Positions 1 through 11,400 of a stretch of DNA of 58,953 nt are shown here, one piece after another. The notes under the pieces are model-generated. The model searched no databases, had not been told where the DNA came from, and saw only the letters and a list, made by a program, of their open reading frames with translations. The stretch spans positions 1 through 58,953 of the forward strand of contig JABMQW010000206.1 in the NCBI GenBank assembly GCA_013203115.1, in the 5' to 3' direction. Origin of the DNA: Fidelibacterota bacterium. Lineage in GTDB: Bacteria > Fidelibacterota > Marinisomatia > Marinisomatales > TCS56. The number at the start of each line of letters is the position of its first letter. The first letter of the stretch is position 1. The position numbers and the translations under genes were made by a program.

Positions 1-1539
1 CACTTCGGAAAACGAAGAAAAGCTTTGAATATCAGAGAAAAAGGCGGTGTGATATCCAGCATCGCCACCCAGTTTTGGTTCCTGCTTATTTTCGTACATC
101 TGATCGATCAATTCAGGGGAAATGTAGGTGCCGAAAGTGGCTTTTAAAAATCGTTTATCCTTTTCGGACACCAGGAAATTATATAGGAAAACACCGAGAT
201 AAGTGCTGCCGATGGCGATCACCGGACGCACAATTTCCCACATTATCAGTCCGGTCAGGAAGCGATTATAAGCAAATACAATCCAGGTCAGAACGGCAAC
301 AATCGGAATAATCAGGGAGATTAGCGGACGCGTAATAATCAGAGAAACCAGCACTCCGATCAACAGACAAATGGCGATAATCATCCAGAAATTAGCTTGT
401 TTATCCGCCAACCGGATGAATTCATTATTCAAAATACTGTGCATGACATTGGCATGGATCTCAACCCCGGCGAAGGTTTCCTGAACCGGCGTATTCCGCA
501 AATCCATTAAGCCCGGTAACGATGAACCAACAATCGCAACCCGGTCCTGCCAGTATTCCGGTGGCAGCATCTCCGGATCGAAACAATACAGGTAGGGTAA
601 ATAATAGAAGGTTTTAAAAAAACCATAATAATTAACGTAGATACGACCCTGCTCGTCGATGGGCAGTTCCCGGACAATTTCGCCGACGCGGTTGGTCAAG
701 GTCAAGATCAGTTTATCAAAATCATAGGAGAAACCATCCAGAGGAACATCAAGGATATCCATGGCCGCCGCCATCACCAGTGACGGGTAAACATGTTGCG
801 GGCCCTCGAAGAAGATCGCAGTTGGTGCGCGCCGGATTATACCATCTTCATCTTGGGGAAAATTAGCACTGCCAGCCCGTTGGGCGGCGGACATAAGATC
901 GAAGTGGGTATTCCCGATGCGCTCGGCCCGGGGCAGTTGCTGTGCCTGCTCTAAAGGAATATCCAGAATATGTCGGCTGTGATCATATCCTTCCGGTTCG
1001 CTTTCCATGGGATACAAAAAGGTGTTAGTATCAGCCGCTTCGAAAACCAGGGAATGATAGACTTTCCCGCTGTTTACAGTTGATTGAACAAACCAAGCAG
1101 GGTCGGACGTAATCAGAAACTGGTTACTGACTGCCGACAAATCTTCAGCCTGCGGAGGGTTCTCGGCCACAAGCGCGCTTACCAACTCCCAATCGAAAGA
1201 ATTCTCTGTATCAAAAATTATATCAAAAAGGATCGCCTTAGGATTACCGGAGGTGATCACATCAATTAACTGGCCGTGGTAAGCGTGGGGCCAGTCTTTG
1301 TAATTCCCAAGACCCTCAACCGAACTCAAATCAATATCAACGATGACAATATCATCGATGGAGGCCTCTTCGCTACCGGCGACCTTGGCCTTCAGGCGGG
1401 AATCATAGGAGCGGAATTCATAACCATCTAAAACGGAGGTAAGGAAAAAACCATCCAGATTAGTGCCAATGGCAATCACTAATCCCACAAATAAACCGAT
1501 CAGGGCACCAATGCCCGTTCTTTTTAACCAATCAGGCAT
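1..1539 (-). CDS. CHASE2 sensor domain-containing class III adenylate/guanylate cyclase (first 513 codons; the 3' end lies beyond the window start)
   Basis: The ORF is open to position 1 and absent from the track because it has no in-window stop. The ATG is the reverse complement of 1537-1539. My translation begins MPDWLKRTGIGALIGLFVGLVIAIG. CHASE2-type motifs: DDIVIVDIDLSS..WPHAYHGQLIDVI..AILFDIIFD, DEDGIIRRAP, VAIVGSSLPGLMDLRNTPV..GVEIHANVM. About 3 hydrophobic helices follow, then the start of a cyclase catalytic domain (GYHTAFFSDIQSFSSFSEV) at the window edge. Confidence 0.8.
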   Translation of the reverse strand, partial: MPDWLKRTGIGALIGLFVGLVIAIGTNLDGFFLTSVLDGYEFRSYDSRLKAKVAGSEEASIDDIVIVDIDLSSVEGLGNYKDWPHAYHGQLIDVITSGNPKAILFDIIFDTENSFDWELVSALVAENPPQAEDLSAVSNQFLITSDPAWFVQSTVNSGKVYHSLVFEAADTNTFLYPMESEPEGYDHSRHILDIPLEQAQQLPRAERIGNTHFDLMSAAQRAGSANFPQDEDGIIRRAPTAIFFEGPQHVYPSLVMAAAMDILDVPLDGFSYDFDKLILTLTNRVGEIVRELPIDEQGRIYVNYYGFFKTFYYLPYLYCFDPEMLPPEYWQDRVAIVGSSLPGLMDLRNTPVQETFAGVEIHANVMHSILNNEFIRLADKQANFWMIIAICLLIGVLVSLIITRPLISLIIPIVAVLTWIVFAYNRFLTGLIMWEIVRPVIAIGSTYLGVFLYNFLVSEKDKRFLKATFGTYISPELIDQMYENKQEPKLGGDAGYHTAFFSDIQSFSSFSEV

Positions 1540-1570
1540 GACGTCCCCTAATTAATTGTATGTTTAAATA

Positions 1571-2338
1571 TTATTCCTGTCCGTCTAATTCTTTATTCCA
1601 TTGGACAAATTCATCTTCGGCGTCAGCGGTCTGATCGAATTTAAACATATTATATTTACCATCCTTTCGCACATTGATCTGCATTCCTTCAACCAGCGTG
1701 ATCCAATCTTCCAGACTGACTTCATAGGGACCGGCCACTTCGGTGGGTGCTTGAATTTCCTGCACCGGACCCAATTTGAATTTGGGCTTACCACCGGGCT
1801 TGGTTTCCTGTTGTTCCTGCTCCATATTCGATGGTTGATTCACATCAACCTTGCCTTCATAAACCAGCACCGAACTCTCATCTTCACCAGCCGTGGTACG
1901 ATAAACGGTACCGCGGATAGCTGCAACTGCGGTAGGAGTACGAATTGAAACATTTTTCTTTTCTCCGAAGGCCGCTTTAGCGGATACCCAGACATTACCT
2001 TTTTTCAGGGTGGCATTAAAATTCTTCACCATGGGTTTTACATTGGCTGCAGTCAGGACCAACTCGGAATTCTCTCCAATCCGTACCTTTCCACCGCCGG
2101 TGAGTGAAATTTCACAGCGGGACTTGGCGGCAGTACGAATTTGGTCATTCACATTGAGAGCTTGACGGGGCATGGCACGGGACCAGTCTTCGGACCCGAC
2201 CGTCAGGACTTCCACTTTACCGAGGGGAAGGGTGATCTTGCCAAATTCGGCGGCCAAACCAATTTGTGAAATCAAAATGAACGAAATAATTAAAGTAATC
2301 AGTGAATTTCTAACGGATTGTTTCACGATGCGCCCCAT
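1571..2338 (-). CDS. FecR-domain periplasmic protein (signal anchor plus FecR-like beta-sandwich)
   Basis: 255-aa ORF. N-terminal hydrophobic segment LITLIISFILISQIGLAA. FecR-like stretch LNVNDQIRTAAKSRCEISLTGGGKVRIGENSELVL...IRTPTAVAAIRGTVYRT. It ends 31 nt upstream of the CHASE2 cyclase start, suggesting one operon. Confidence 0.7.
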   Translation of the reverse strand: MGRIVKQSVRNSLITLIISFILISQIGLAAEFGKITLPLGKVEVLTVGSEDWSRAMPRQALNVNDQIRTAAKSRCEISLTGGGKVRIGENSELVLTAANVKPMVKNFNATLKKGNVWVSAKAAFGEKKNVSIRTPTAVAAIRGTVYRTTAGEDESSVLVYEGKVDVNQPSNMEQEQQETKPGGKPKFKLGPVQEIQAPTEVAGPYEVSLEDWITLVEGMQINVRKDGKYNMFKFDQTADAEDEFVQWNKELDGQE

Positions 2339-2432
2339 TAATTAATTTTATTAATTATCGTTGATCCAAATTTAACATAACCAGCCCAAATAACCACAGC
2401 CGGTCGTAACAAATTATCTCCGGCCATTTCAG

Positions 2433-2465
2433 AAAAAAACAAAGGGCGGGATAAACCGCCCTTTG
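2433..2465 (-). terminator. Rho-independent terminator of the giant ORF
   Basis: Perfect 10-bp GC-rich stem caaagggcgg (2440-2449) / ccgccctttg (2456-2465) with a 6-nt loop. On the minus-strand transcript it is followed by U7 (plus-strand A7 at 2433-2439). It starts about 20 nt after the stop codon at 2486-2488. Confidence 0.8.
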
Positions 2466-2485
2466 TCAGAATCGAGTAATTCAGA

Positions 2486-5400
2486 TTATTTCACCAGAAT
2501 CATTTTCTTGGTCGAATTCAGCAGCATTTTACCACTAGGCGATTTAATGCGACTAACATAGAAGTAAATTCCACTGGCTACCCGCCGACCATGATCGTTC
2601 TTACCGGCCCAGATATAGTTATAATAACCGGCAGGCAGATATTCTTCACGGGCCAGAGTGGTTACCACCTCGCCCAAGAGGTTGTAAATCACCAGATCAA
2701 CAAAAGCGTCATCCTCTATTGATACCAAAATGGTAGTCTTAGGATTGAACGGGTTGGGGAAGTTCTGGCTAAGGCTGTAGGATTCGGGATAGAGCGCCAC
2801 ACCTGCATTATTAGCATTCACGAAGTCCCGAGTACCGGCTACCAAACGCAGATTACGGGTACTTTTAGCGCTGCCGATGGCGTAGTAATAATCGGGACGG
2901 CCACGCAGATTCTGAGCGGTACCAATCGATTTATCGATCAGGAATATGTCGTATTCCTCCGGCAGGTCTTCAAGCCCGGCAAAATTCAGAGCGACACTGT
3001 ATTTCTTGTCCGAAGCCACAACTTCCATATCCCAGAAGCTACCTTCGGGATTGATGGACTTGATGTCGGTGGTATAGATATCACCATTGGCAGGCCAGTC
3101 GTGATTGTCGATCCGCAGGGATATACCGCCGGGTAACAGCGGTGGTTCGAAATTATCCATCGGATCATAAGTATCCTGGGCACGATGGAGCACACCAACC
3201 CGGTTGTGCAAGTCGCGGGCATAGCCATTCCGAGCAGTAATATCGATTAGCCATTCATCGTCTTCCAAGCTGTTAACCGCATTATCAAGAATTTTTGCTG
3301 TTCCACCATTTTCAATATTGGGATTGATAAATAATGTCTGTGCTGTAGCTGACTTGAAAATATAGCCCTGCCACGGCTCAAGTGCGGTAACACCAGTCCA
3401 AGCGCCGCCGATATATGATTGGAAGTTTTCATCACCGGCAACACTGAGCCCATTTTCATCGTAAACATTTTCTAAAGGAATTGTGAAATTGAATGGATTA
3501 CCAATGAAAGCCCAATCGCCATTAGTCAGGCTAACAGACTCTGGTACTTCAGTTTTTACGGTCCTAACAACTCCTGTGTTGATATTCTTCCCACCATCCA
3601 TTACAATCAGGAAATATGCTTTCGATTTCTCAATATCAGGTATGTTAGCGAACTCAATCCATTCACCTGTTTCATAAGTGAAGAAGCGCCACTTGGTATT
3701 ATCATAAGCACCAAACCCAGAAGCAGTGACCAATATTTCGTGCGGGGATGTATTCGTTGGTACTCCGGGGAATGATATCAGTTGATAGGCGGCGACAGAA
3801 CTACCATTAGGTATTCCCTGGGACCACATCGTCGTACTTGAAAACCCATCATTTTCCCTCACCTGTACTGAATAATATTCCTTATCGTCAGGATAATAAT
3901 AGATATTTCCGGCATTGTCGGTTAATTCAAACTTGTACTCAACACCGGTGTGGGTGACAAATTGGCTTTGAACAGTGAATGTTTTATCATCCACAACTCC
4001 AACGGCGACCGTGGAAGTTTTTGTGCTTGTATTCCAATCAGTTTCGCCACTGACCCGATATTTACATATTATGGTATTCACTCCAGATACATCGTCCTTG
4101 AAGGAGATATCTAATGTAAATTCCGTATCAATCGGTTTATCATTGGCCTCATTATGTTCAGTTACTTTCGGAAGCGTGAGATCAACACCAAAGGTAACAG
4201 TATTTGATTCTGTTTCATTATAGGCGCTGTCTACTGCGAACACAGATAGAGTGTAGCTACTACCTTCGGCCAGAGGATCGTCCAACTTTAAGGTGTCTTG
4301 CTCAGGATCAATAGTGTATGTAACAGTTCCTGTCAATTCAAAACGATAATGCCTCAATCCGGCGGTAGCATCAGATGAATGATTCCAACTGAACACCGGA
4401 TCTGAAATCTTCAACCAACCAGGTGTCGCAGATGGAACAGGATCATCCAAAGTGAAGGCATCCGGGGCAACATTATCCCATTTAGCAACCATGCTGACGA
4501 TATTTTCAATATCCTTGTTGGCCGCATTATCCTCCAGCCAGACGCCAATTGTCGAGATCCCGTTTTCGAATAGCGCAATATCATCAACCGCAATGATCCC
4601 TGGCTCTTCCTGATAATAGTAAGTATTCGTATCGATAACATAATGGGCGCCCTTCACACCGGAATGTTCCGGGGGATTACTCCAACTGAGATCAAAACTA
4701 TTTACGGAATCCCATTCAGCGGGCGTTATGGTTAATCCTATTACTGCACCGGGAGGAATTTTATCATCAATGATATAGGTTATGGAATCTTCAGCATAAT
4801 TAGCATCAAATACCGATTCAACCAGGATAGCAAAATCGATCTGTGCCAGCCAGGGAGCATTCTGATCGGCAGTCAAATTCAATTTTGCTCTACCAGCGGT
4901 GGTGACGTTTTCCTGCATATCAATGCTGTATTCACCGCCCGTATATACCGGATTCCAGTTTACAACACTGGTGTCGGCAACGGAATTATCAAAGGCATCG
5001 AAAACATGAATGATAATAGAATCCTGGTCGCCTTGAAAGAGATATCGAATCTTATCGGGATTATCCAGTGTGATTGTCACCGGCGCGCCCGGTAATACGG
5101 TAATCACATCAGTTGTATAATCGAGATAAAAATCCGTTCGCGGTCCAGTGGACAAGACCGATAACGGTGTTTCCGGCATTGCACTGAAAGCCAGTTTCCC
5201 GGTTGAAGCGGCGGGCAGCACACTGAATACGGATTCACCACCAATAGAACGGCTGAAGGTGTAGCCACCGACGTTTTCAACCCAGATCCGGACACGATAT
5301 ACACTACCGGAAGTGTTAGCGGTCGTCAATGTATTGGTTGCGATTCCGCCAACTCCCGTTAACGTTGTGTCAAGCAGGTCACTGTTATCAAAATTGCCAC

Positions 5401-8400
5401 CGGTTCCTTCGATAATCGACCAGTAAACCGGAACGGCGTCCAGGACATTCTCAAATGTATCGATGATTGTTACCGAAAGCGGTACCGAATTAGCATCAGC
5501 CACCGGTGTCCGGTCGTAGGCATCATCTACCGTCAGGTTGTAGGGATCATCTGCCACTACTACCACATTATTACTGGAGATAAAGGCCGTTCCGGATTGA
5601 GCTTTCACCGTTACCGTGGTGCCCAAAACAGCCGCTGGATCGGTGCGCAAGACATTGATGCCAATACCGTTGGTGGCAAGGGTAGTATTCTGATCCAGGT
5701 TGAATCCGGTTGTAGCCACTCCTTCGATTGTCCAGTCAATTATCGTTTCATCTATTACCATGTTGCCGTATTGATCGGTAACTGTTACCACCAAAGGAAG
5801 TGCTTCAAGCTGGGTCATAACAGTATCATTAGTTAGATCAAAGACCACGCCGGCCGGCACTCCCGGTAGTACAGTAATTATATCAGTTGTATAATCAAGA
5901 TAGAAATCCGTTCGCGATCCGGCGGACAAGACCGATAACGGTGTTTCCGGCATTGTACTGTAAGCCAGTTTCCCGGTTGAAGCGGCGGGCAGCACACTGA
6001 ATACGGATTCACCACCAATAGAACGGCTGAAGGTGTAGCCACCGACGTTTTCAACCCAGATTCGGACACGATATTCACTGCCGGAAAGGGTAACGGTTGT
6101 CAATGTGTTGGTTGCGATTCCGCCAACTCCCGTCAGCGTTGTGTCAAGCAGGTCAGTGTTATCAAAACTGCCACCGGTCCCTTCGATTATCGACCAGTAA
6201 ACCGGAACGGCATCCAGGACATTCTCAAAGGTATCGATGAGCGTTACCGTCATTGGAACAGTATTATTATCGGCTACCGGCAATCGGTCGTAGGCATCAT
6301 CTACCGTCAGGTTATAGGGATCATCTGCCACTACTACCACATCATTACTGGAGATAAAGGCAGTTCCTGATTGAGCTTTCACCGTTACCGTGGTACCCAA
6401 AGCCGCCGTTGGAGCGGTGCGTAGGACATTAATGGCAATTCCATTAGTGGTAACTGAGGTGACTGTGTCCAGTACGAATCCGGTTATAACCACCCCTTCA
6501 ATCACCCAGTCGACCGAAGTACTGTCGGCCACCAGGTTACCATACTGATCGGTAATCGTTACTGCCACAGGTAGTGCTTCGAGTTGGGTCAGAGTAGTGT
6601 CATTAGTTAGATCAAAGACCACTCCAGCCGGTACGCCCGGTAATACGGTAATCACATCAGTTGTATCATCGAGCTGAAAATCCGTTCGTGATCCGGCGGA
6701 CAAGACCGATAACGGTGTTTCCGGCATTGCACTGAATGCCAGTTTCCCGGTTGAAGCGGCGGGCTGCGCTTTAAATACGGATTCACCACCAGTAGAACGG
6801 CTGAGAGTGTAACCGCCGACGTTATCAACCCAGATCCGGACCCGATATTCACTGCCGGAAAGGGTAGCGGTTGTCAGAGTGTTGGTAGCTATTGCTTCAT
6901 ACGTTAATGTTGTGTCAAGCAGGTCACCGTTCTCCAAGCCACCGCCGGTACCTTGGATTATCGACCAGTAAACCGGAACATCTTCCAGGGGATAATCAAA
7001 TCTATCGAATATGGTTACTTCCAGTTCCACGGTATTTGCATCAGCCTCTGGCGTCCGGTCGTAGGCATCGTCTACTATCAAGTTGTAGGGATCGTCATTA
7101 ACGATGTGTATTGGCTCACTACGACTCTCGATGCCCTCGCAGGTAGCTATAACTTCGTAATGTTGTCCAGCCATAAGCCATAATGTATCTGTCGTAATCA
7201 AAACCACATTTGCCGAGCCACCTACCGTTATTGAGGTCGAATCTGAAAATGATAAACCACCCTCCCCGCCGCCAAATATGATGCCCAATTCCCAAGTTAC
7301 CAGGGAACTATCAGCTACCAGGTTATCATATTGGTCAAAGATATCAACCACAAATTCGATACTGTCTTGTCGGGTCATTACCGTATCGGTTGCAATTTCA
7401 AATATTACTGTATCAGGAACACCGGGTACAATCCGGATAACATTGGTGGTGTCTTCCAGATCGTAGATGGCTTCACGGTCCCAGTTATCGGGGAAGACCG
7501 GCTGACCGATATTCACCGGTAGTGTAATCTGTCGGGTCGAGACACTGCCTTTCTTATTGGTAGTAGTAACATTACCAGCGACACGGATCGCATCGGTATT
7601 AGCCTGGTTATTCAGGGCTGCCATCAGGGATTCTTCATTAATCCAGGCTTCCACCCAGTATTCGTAGCCGGCAACCGTTCCGGTGGTAAGTTCCACCGTT
7701 GCAACACCTGCAGCATCGGTTGGGGTAATGCTGCTGCTCAAGGCGCTATCAGGACTACTGTCGGTAGTTATCGACCAACTTATATCGACTCCTTCCAGCG
7801 GATTTTCGAATGTATCGATCATAGTGGCCGTAATAACAATTGAGGCCACATCGGCTGACAGATCAATCGTATCAGCCGTCAGGCTTTCGGGCATGCTCAA
7901 ATTATAGATGTCGTCGGGAACGATCGTAATCAACATCGTCTGGACGGTCGAATCATTGGATTCGGCCTCCAGCCGGATCGCATCGCCCACCACTAATGTC
8001 GTATTAGGATCGGTGGTCAAATCCACTGTAGCCTGACCATTGGCATCGGTAAATGTCGGAGTAGTGACAATAGTAAAACCATCGCCATCGCCCACCACCG
8101 GAACGATTGTCCAGTTCACTGTATCGCCGTCGCTGACCAGGTTATCAAACTGGTCATATACATCAACCGCGAGCGTTAGTTCATCTAATTGGATCATCGC
8201 CGTATCAAGGCTGAATTCTGCCGGTAAGGCTAGTGAATCCGGTGCGCCGGGGATCACCCGGAAGAAACCGGAAGTGTCCTGAACGCCATCGGAAATGATC
8301 GTAAACTGATTCAGATCACCGGCTGTAGTGCTGGTGTAGAAAGTGTTCAGAACAAATCCATCCAGATCGGTGGACACTGTATTATTATTTAATAATGATC

Positions 8401-11400
8401 CATTGATCGTATTGAAATCCCAGTCCACAATTGCATTGGTTTTTGCCCGACCGTACTCATTCAACAACTGACTTCGGATTGACAGACCATTAAAATTAAC
8501 GGTGCTGATATCCGGGTTGGCAATGATTGTATCACCAAAGGCGGGATAAATCACGGTAGCAGTAACAGTCGGATAGGCCGACTGATCATGGTAGTAAGCC
8601 CCGGCATCCGAGTAGGTAGAATCGGGATCGAGATTGGTCCCGGCTTCGGCAATACCAGTATCGATTGCAATTGAAGTATCCAGCAGACTTAAATAGCCGC
8701 CAGCCAGATCAACAAAATGGGTAGTGTCATTCACAAAGGAATGGTTTTCTGTTAAAGTTGTGGCATTGACCGAACTCTCGAGAATGGAGTAATTAAGCGT
8801 TACCGTTTCACCAACACTCAGCGACGGCTGACTGCGGTCGTTACCAGCGATAGTCATATGGTTCAGAATGGCACTTTCGGTAATTGTCAGCGGAATAGAG
8901 TCGTTGGCCACATCGCTGATCGACAAATATGAATATTCCGGAATTTCACGGCCTGGGCTGCTGCCACCCCGCAAAACAACCCCACCGAATTCCTCGCCCT
9001 CATGCAGGGTAGAAAAGCTGATTGGCTCCGCAGGTGAACCAGGAGCATCAAGTGTACCAAGAATATTGATTTTAACACCATCTCCCACATAAACATTGGA
9101 ACCGGGCTCGACAATCAAAGAATCGTTGGGGTCAACAATCAGGTCGGTTAGAATTATTGTGGTCGTATCGCCGGTAATCACAACATTGTTGCCACCGGTG
9201 TTACCACCAACAATATTACGAAATAGCGGCAAGGCGCCCATATCACGAACTGAGCCGTCGGGATCAAAGGTATCAGCTGGATCACCGGTATCAACACAGG
9301 GACTCAGCAACTGCAGTTCAAAGTCGCTATTAGCAGCATCAACAAAGAGGGGATCGGCATCAATATTTCCAATACCCCAATAAAAAAGTGATTCGGGGCT
9401 CAGGTTTGGCCCTGCTTCGCCACCCTCCACATCGCTGTAGTTCACCGTAATCGTACCACCCTGACCCTGATCTGTATCGCCAGCCAGTTGATCGGGGGTG
9501 TTTCCAAAGACGACGCAATTCCTTAGTGTGGCCGCACCTCCGTTGCCAGTCGTCAAACCAGCACCGTGATCGGCGGTATTATTGGCAATGGTACAGTTAA
9601 TGAAGTCAACCGAAGAACCTTCCCAGACAGAAAATCCGCCTGAATGCGAGCCACTCATTTCCAGATTGGCAGAATTATCGGATATAATCGAATAACTTAC
9701 CGTACCAAAGGCGAAACTATCGAATCCACCTGCGGCAGCAAATCCATTGGTCTGATTGCCATGGAAGATGGAATTAGCAACTGTAAAGCCCCCACCAACG
9801 TTGCCCGTGATGTATAGACCGGCATAGCTGCTATCCGCCGTATTCCCGAGCACTTTAATGGAGTCAATGGTTGTACTACAGTCCTTGACATATAAACCAC
9901 CCAGCATATAATCCGAATGGTTGTTTATGAAGTCACAGTTTTCAACCAGAACTGTCGGTATAAAGACCGGGTCTACATTCCGTAGAGCTGCGCCACCGCC
10001 GAAAGCAGTAGCAGTATTTTCTGAAACAATCAAATTTCTCAGAACCAGGCTGGAACCATTGGAATAGATTCCACCGCCCCTGTAAGCATAACCGTTAGTG
10101 ATTGTGAAGCCTTCTAATACCGTCGGATTATCTACCCCGGTACCACTGAGATCGAATACCGGTCCATTCCCACCACCATCCACAATTGTGTTGGCAGATC
10201 CCTGAACACCAACCAGTTTATGATAATTACCACGGAATTTTACATTTTCGTAGTAAGTACCTTCTTCAACAAAAATTGAATCCGCCGGCGAGGCAAAATT
10301 GATCGGTGCCTGGATGCTCGCAAATGGATCTCCCGAGCTCCCGGTACCATCGCTGTCACTGCCAAAAACGGCATCCGAATACCAGTCCGGTCCACTGTAA
10401 TTATTCAGGTAGGGATAGACACCCATGTCGCGGACCGTATAATCGGTATCGGTATCGGTCGGATCACCGGCATTCACAGCCGCCGAATTGGCCATAATAT
10501 GATAGTCGTCGACGCCGACAAAACGTGGGTCCCGGTCCACATTTCCAGCTCCCCAGGTCAGAATGGGCGATCCGGCATCAGGGGCAATATAGACCGAATC
10601 TTCGCCACCTTGGGCCAGGGAGTAGGATATATCAATGGTACCAACTTCAATATCTGTTAAATGCAGAGCCAGTTGTTCCGGGGAATTACCCCACAGAATG
10701 GAATTGGTGACGGTAGCTACGGCGCTACTACCAACCGTCAGACCACCACCATACTCAGCGCTATTATCAGAAAAAGTACAATTATCAAACACAACAGATG
10801 CGCCTGCCCATATCTCTATACCACCGGCTTCTGTACCTCCACCACTTGGATTCAAATTGGCTTCATTGCCAACAATTAAAGTTCTGGTAACAGTTCCAAT
10901 AGAAGAAGAGAAACCACCACCTCCGATGGATCCGTTGGCCTGATTCCCGGAGATAATACAATCGGACATCTGGAAGCTGGCCCGGTCTCCGCCAAAGAAA
11001 AATCCGCCGATGTGTTCGCTGGTATTATTGCTGATCTCGCAGCCGGATATATTCACGGTTGTTTGTCCAGTACTCAGGCCACCACCATAAGTTGTTGATG
11101 AATTAGCGGTGATAATGGTATTATCAATACTCAGAGTGTACGTTTGCGTTGAGTCATCGACAAAGGAACGCAGACCACCTCCGTTACCGGCAATAGCCGA
11201 ATTTCCAGAGATCACGGCATTACGGATAGTACCGCCGGTGTTCTGGAGATTGATTCCGGCACCAAAATCGGCGACACCATTCTGGATTGTGAAGCCTTCC
11301 AAATAGAAGCCACCGGGACCACTGCCGCTAATGTCAAAGACCCGGCTATTACCTCCGCCATCAACCACCGTTGTAGCGGGACCATCAGTAGCCTTGAACG

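Noticed and set aside
75-1269. Plus-strand ORFs 75-311 and 1084-1269.
   Set aside because: They are antisense to the minus-strand frame that encodes clear CHASE2 and cyclase motifs across 1-1539.
5104-6852. Three almost identical 66-aa ORFs at exactly 774-nt spacing (5104-5304, 5878-6078, 6652-6852). At first glance this looked like a repeated small gene, an IS remnant or array-like periodicity.
   Set aside because: They are alternative-frame shadows of the in-frame tandem coding repeats of the giant ORF. The long frame is continuous through them and carries the Ig-like domain sequence.
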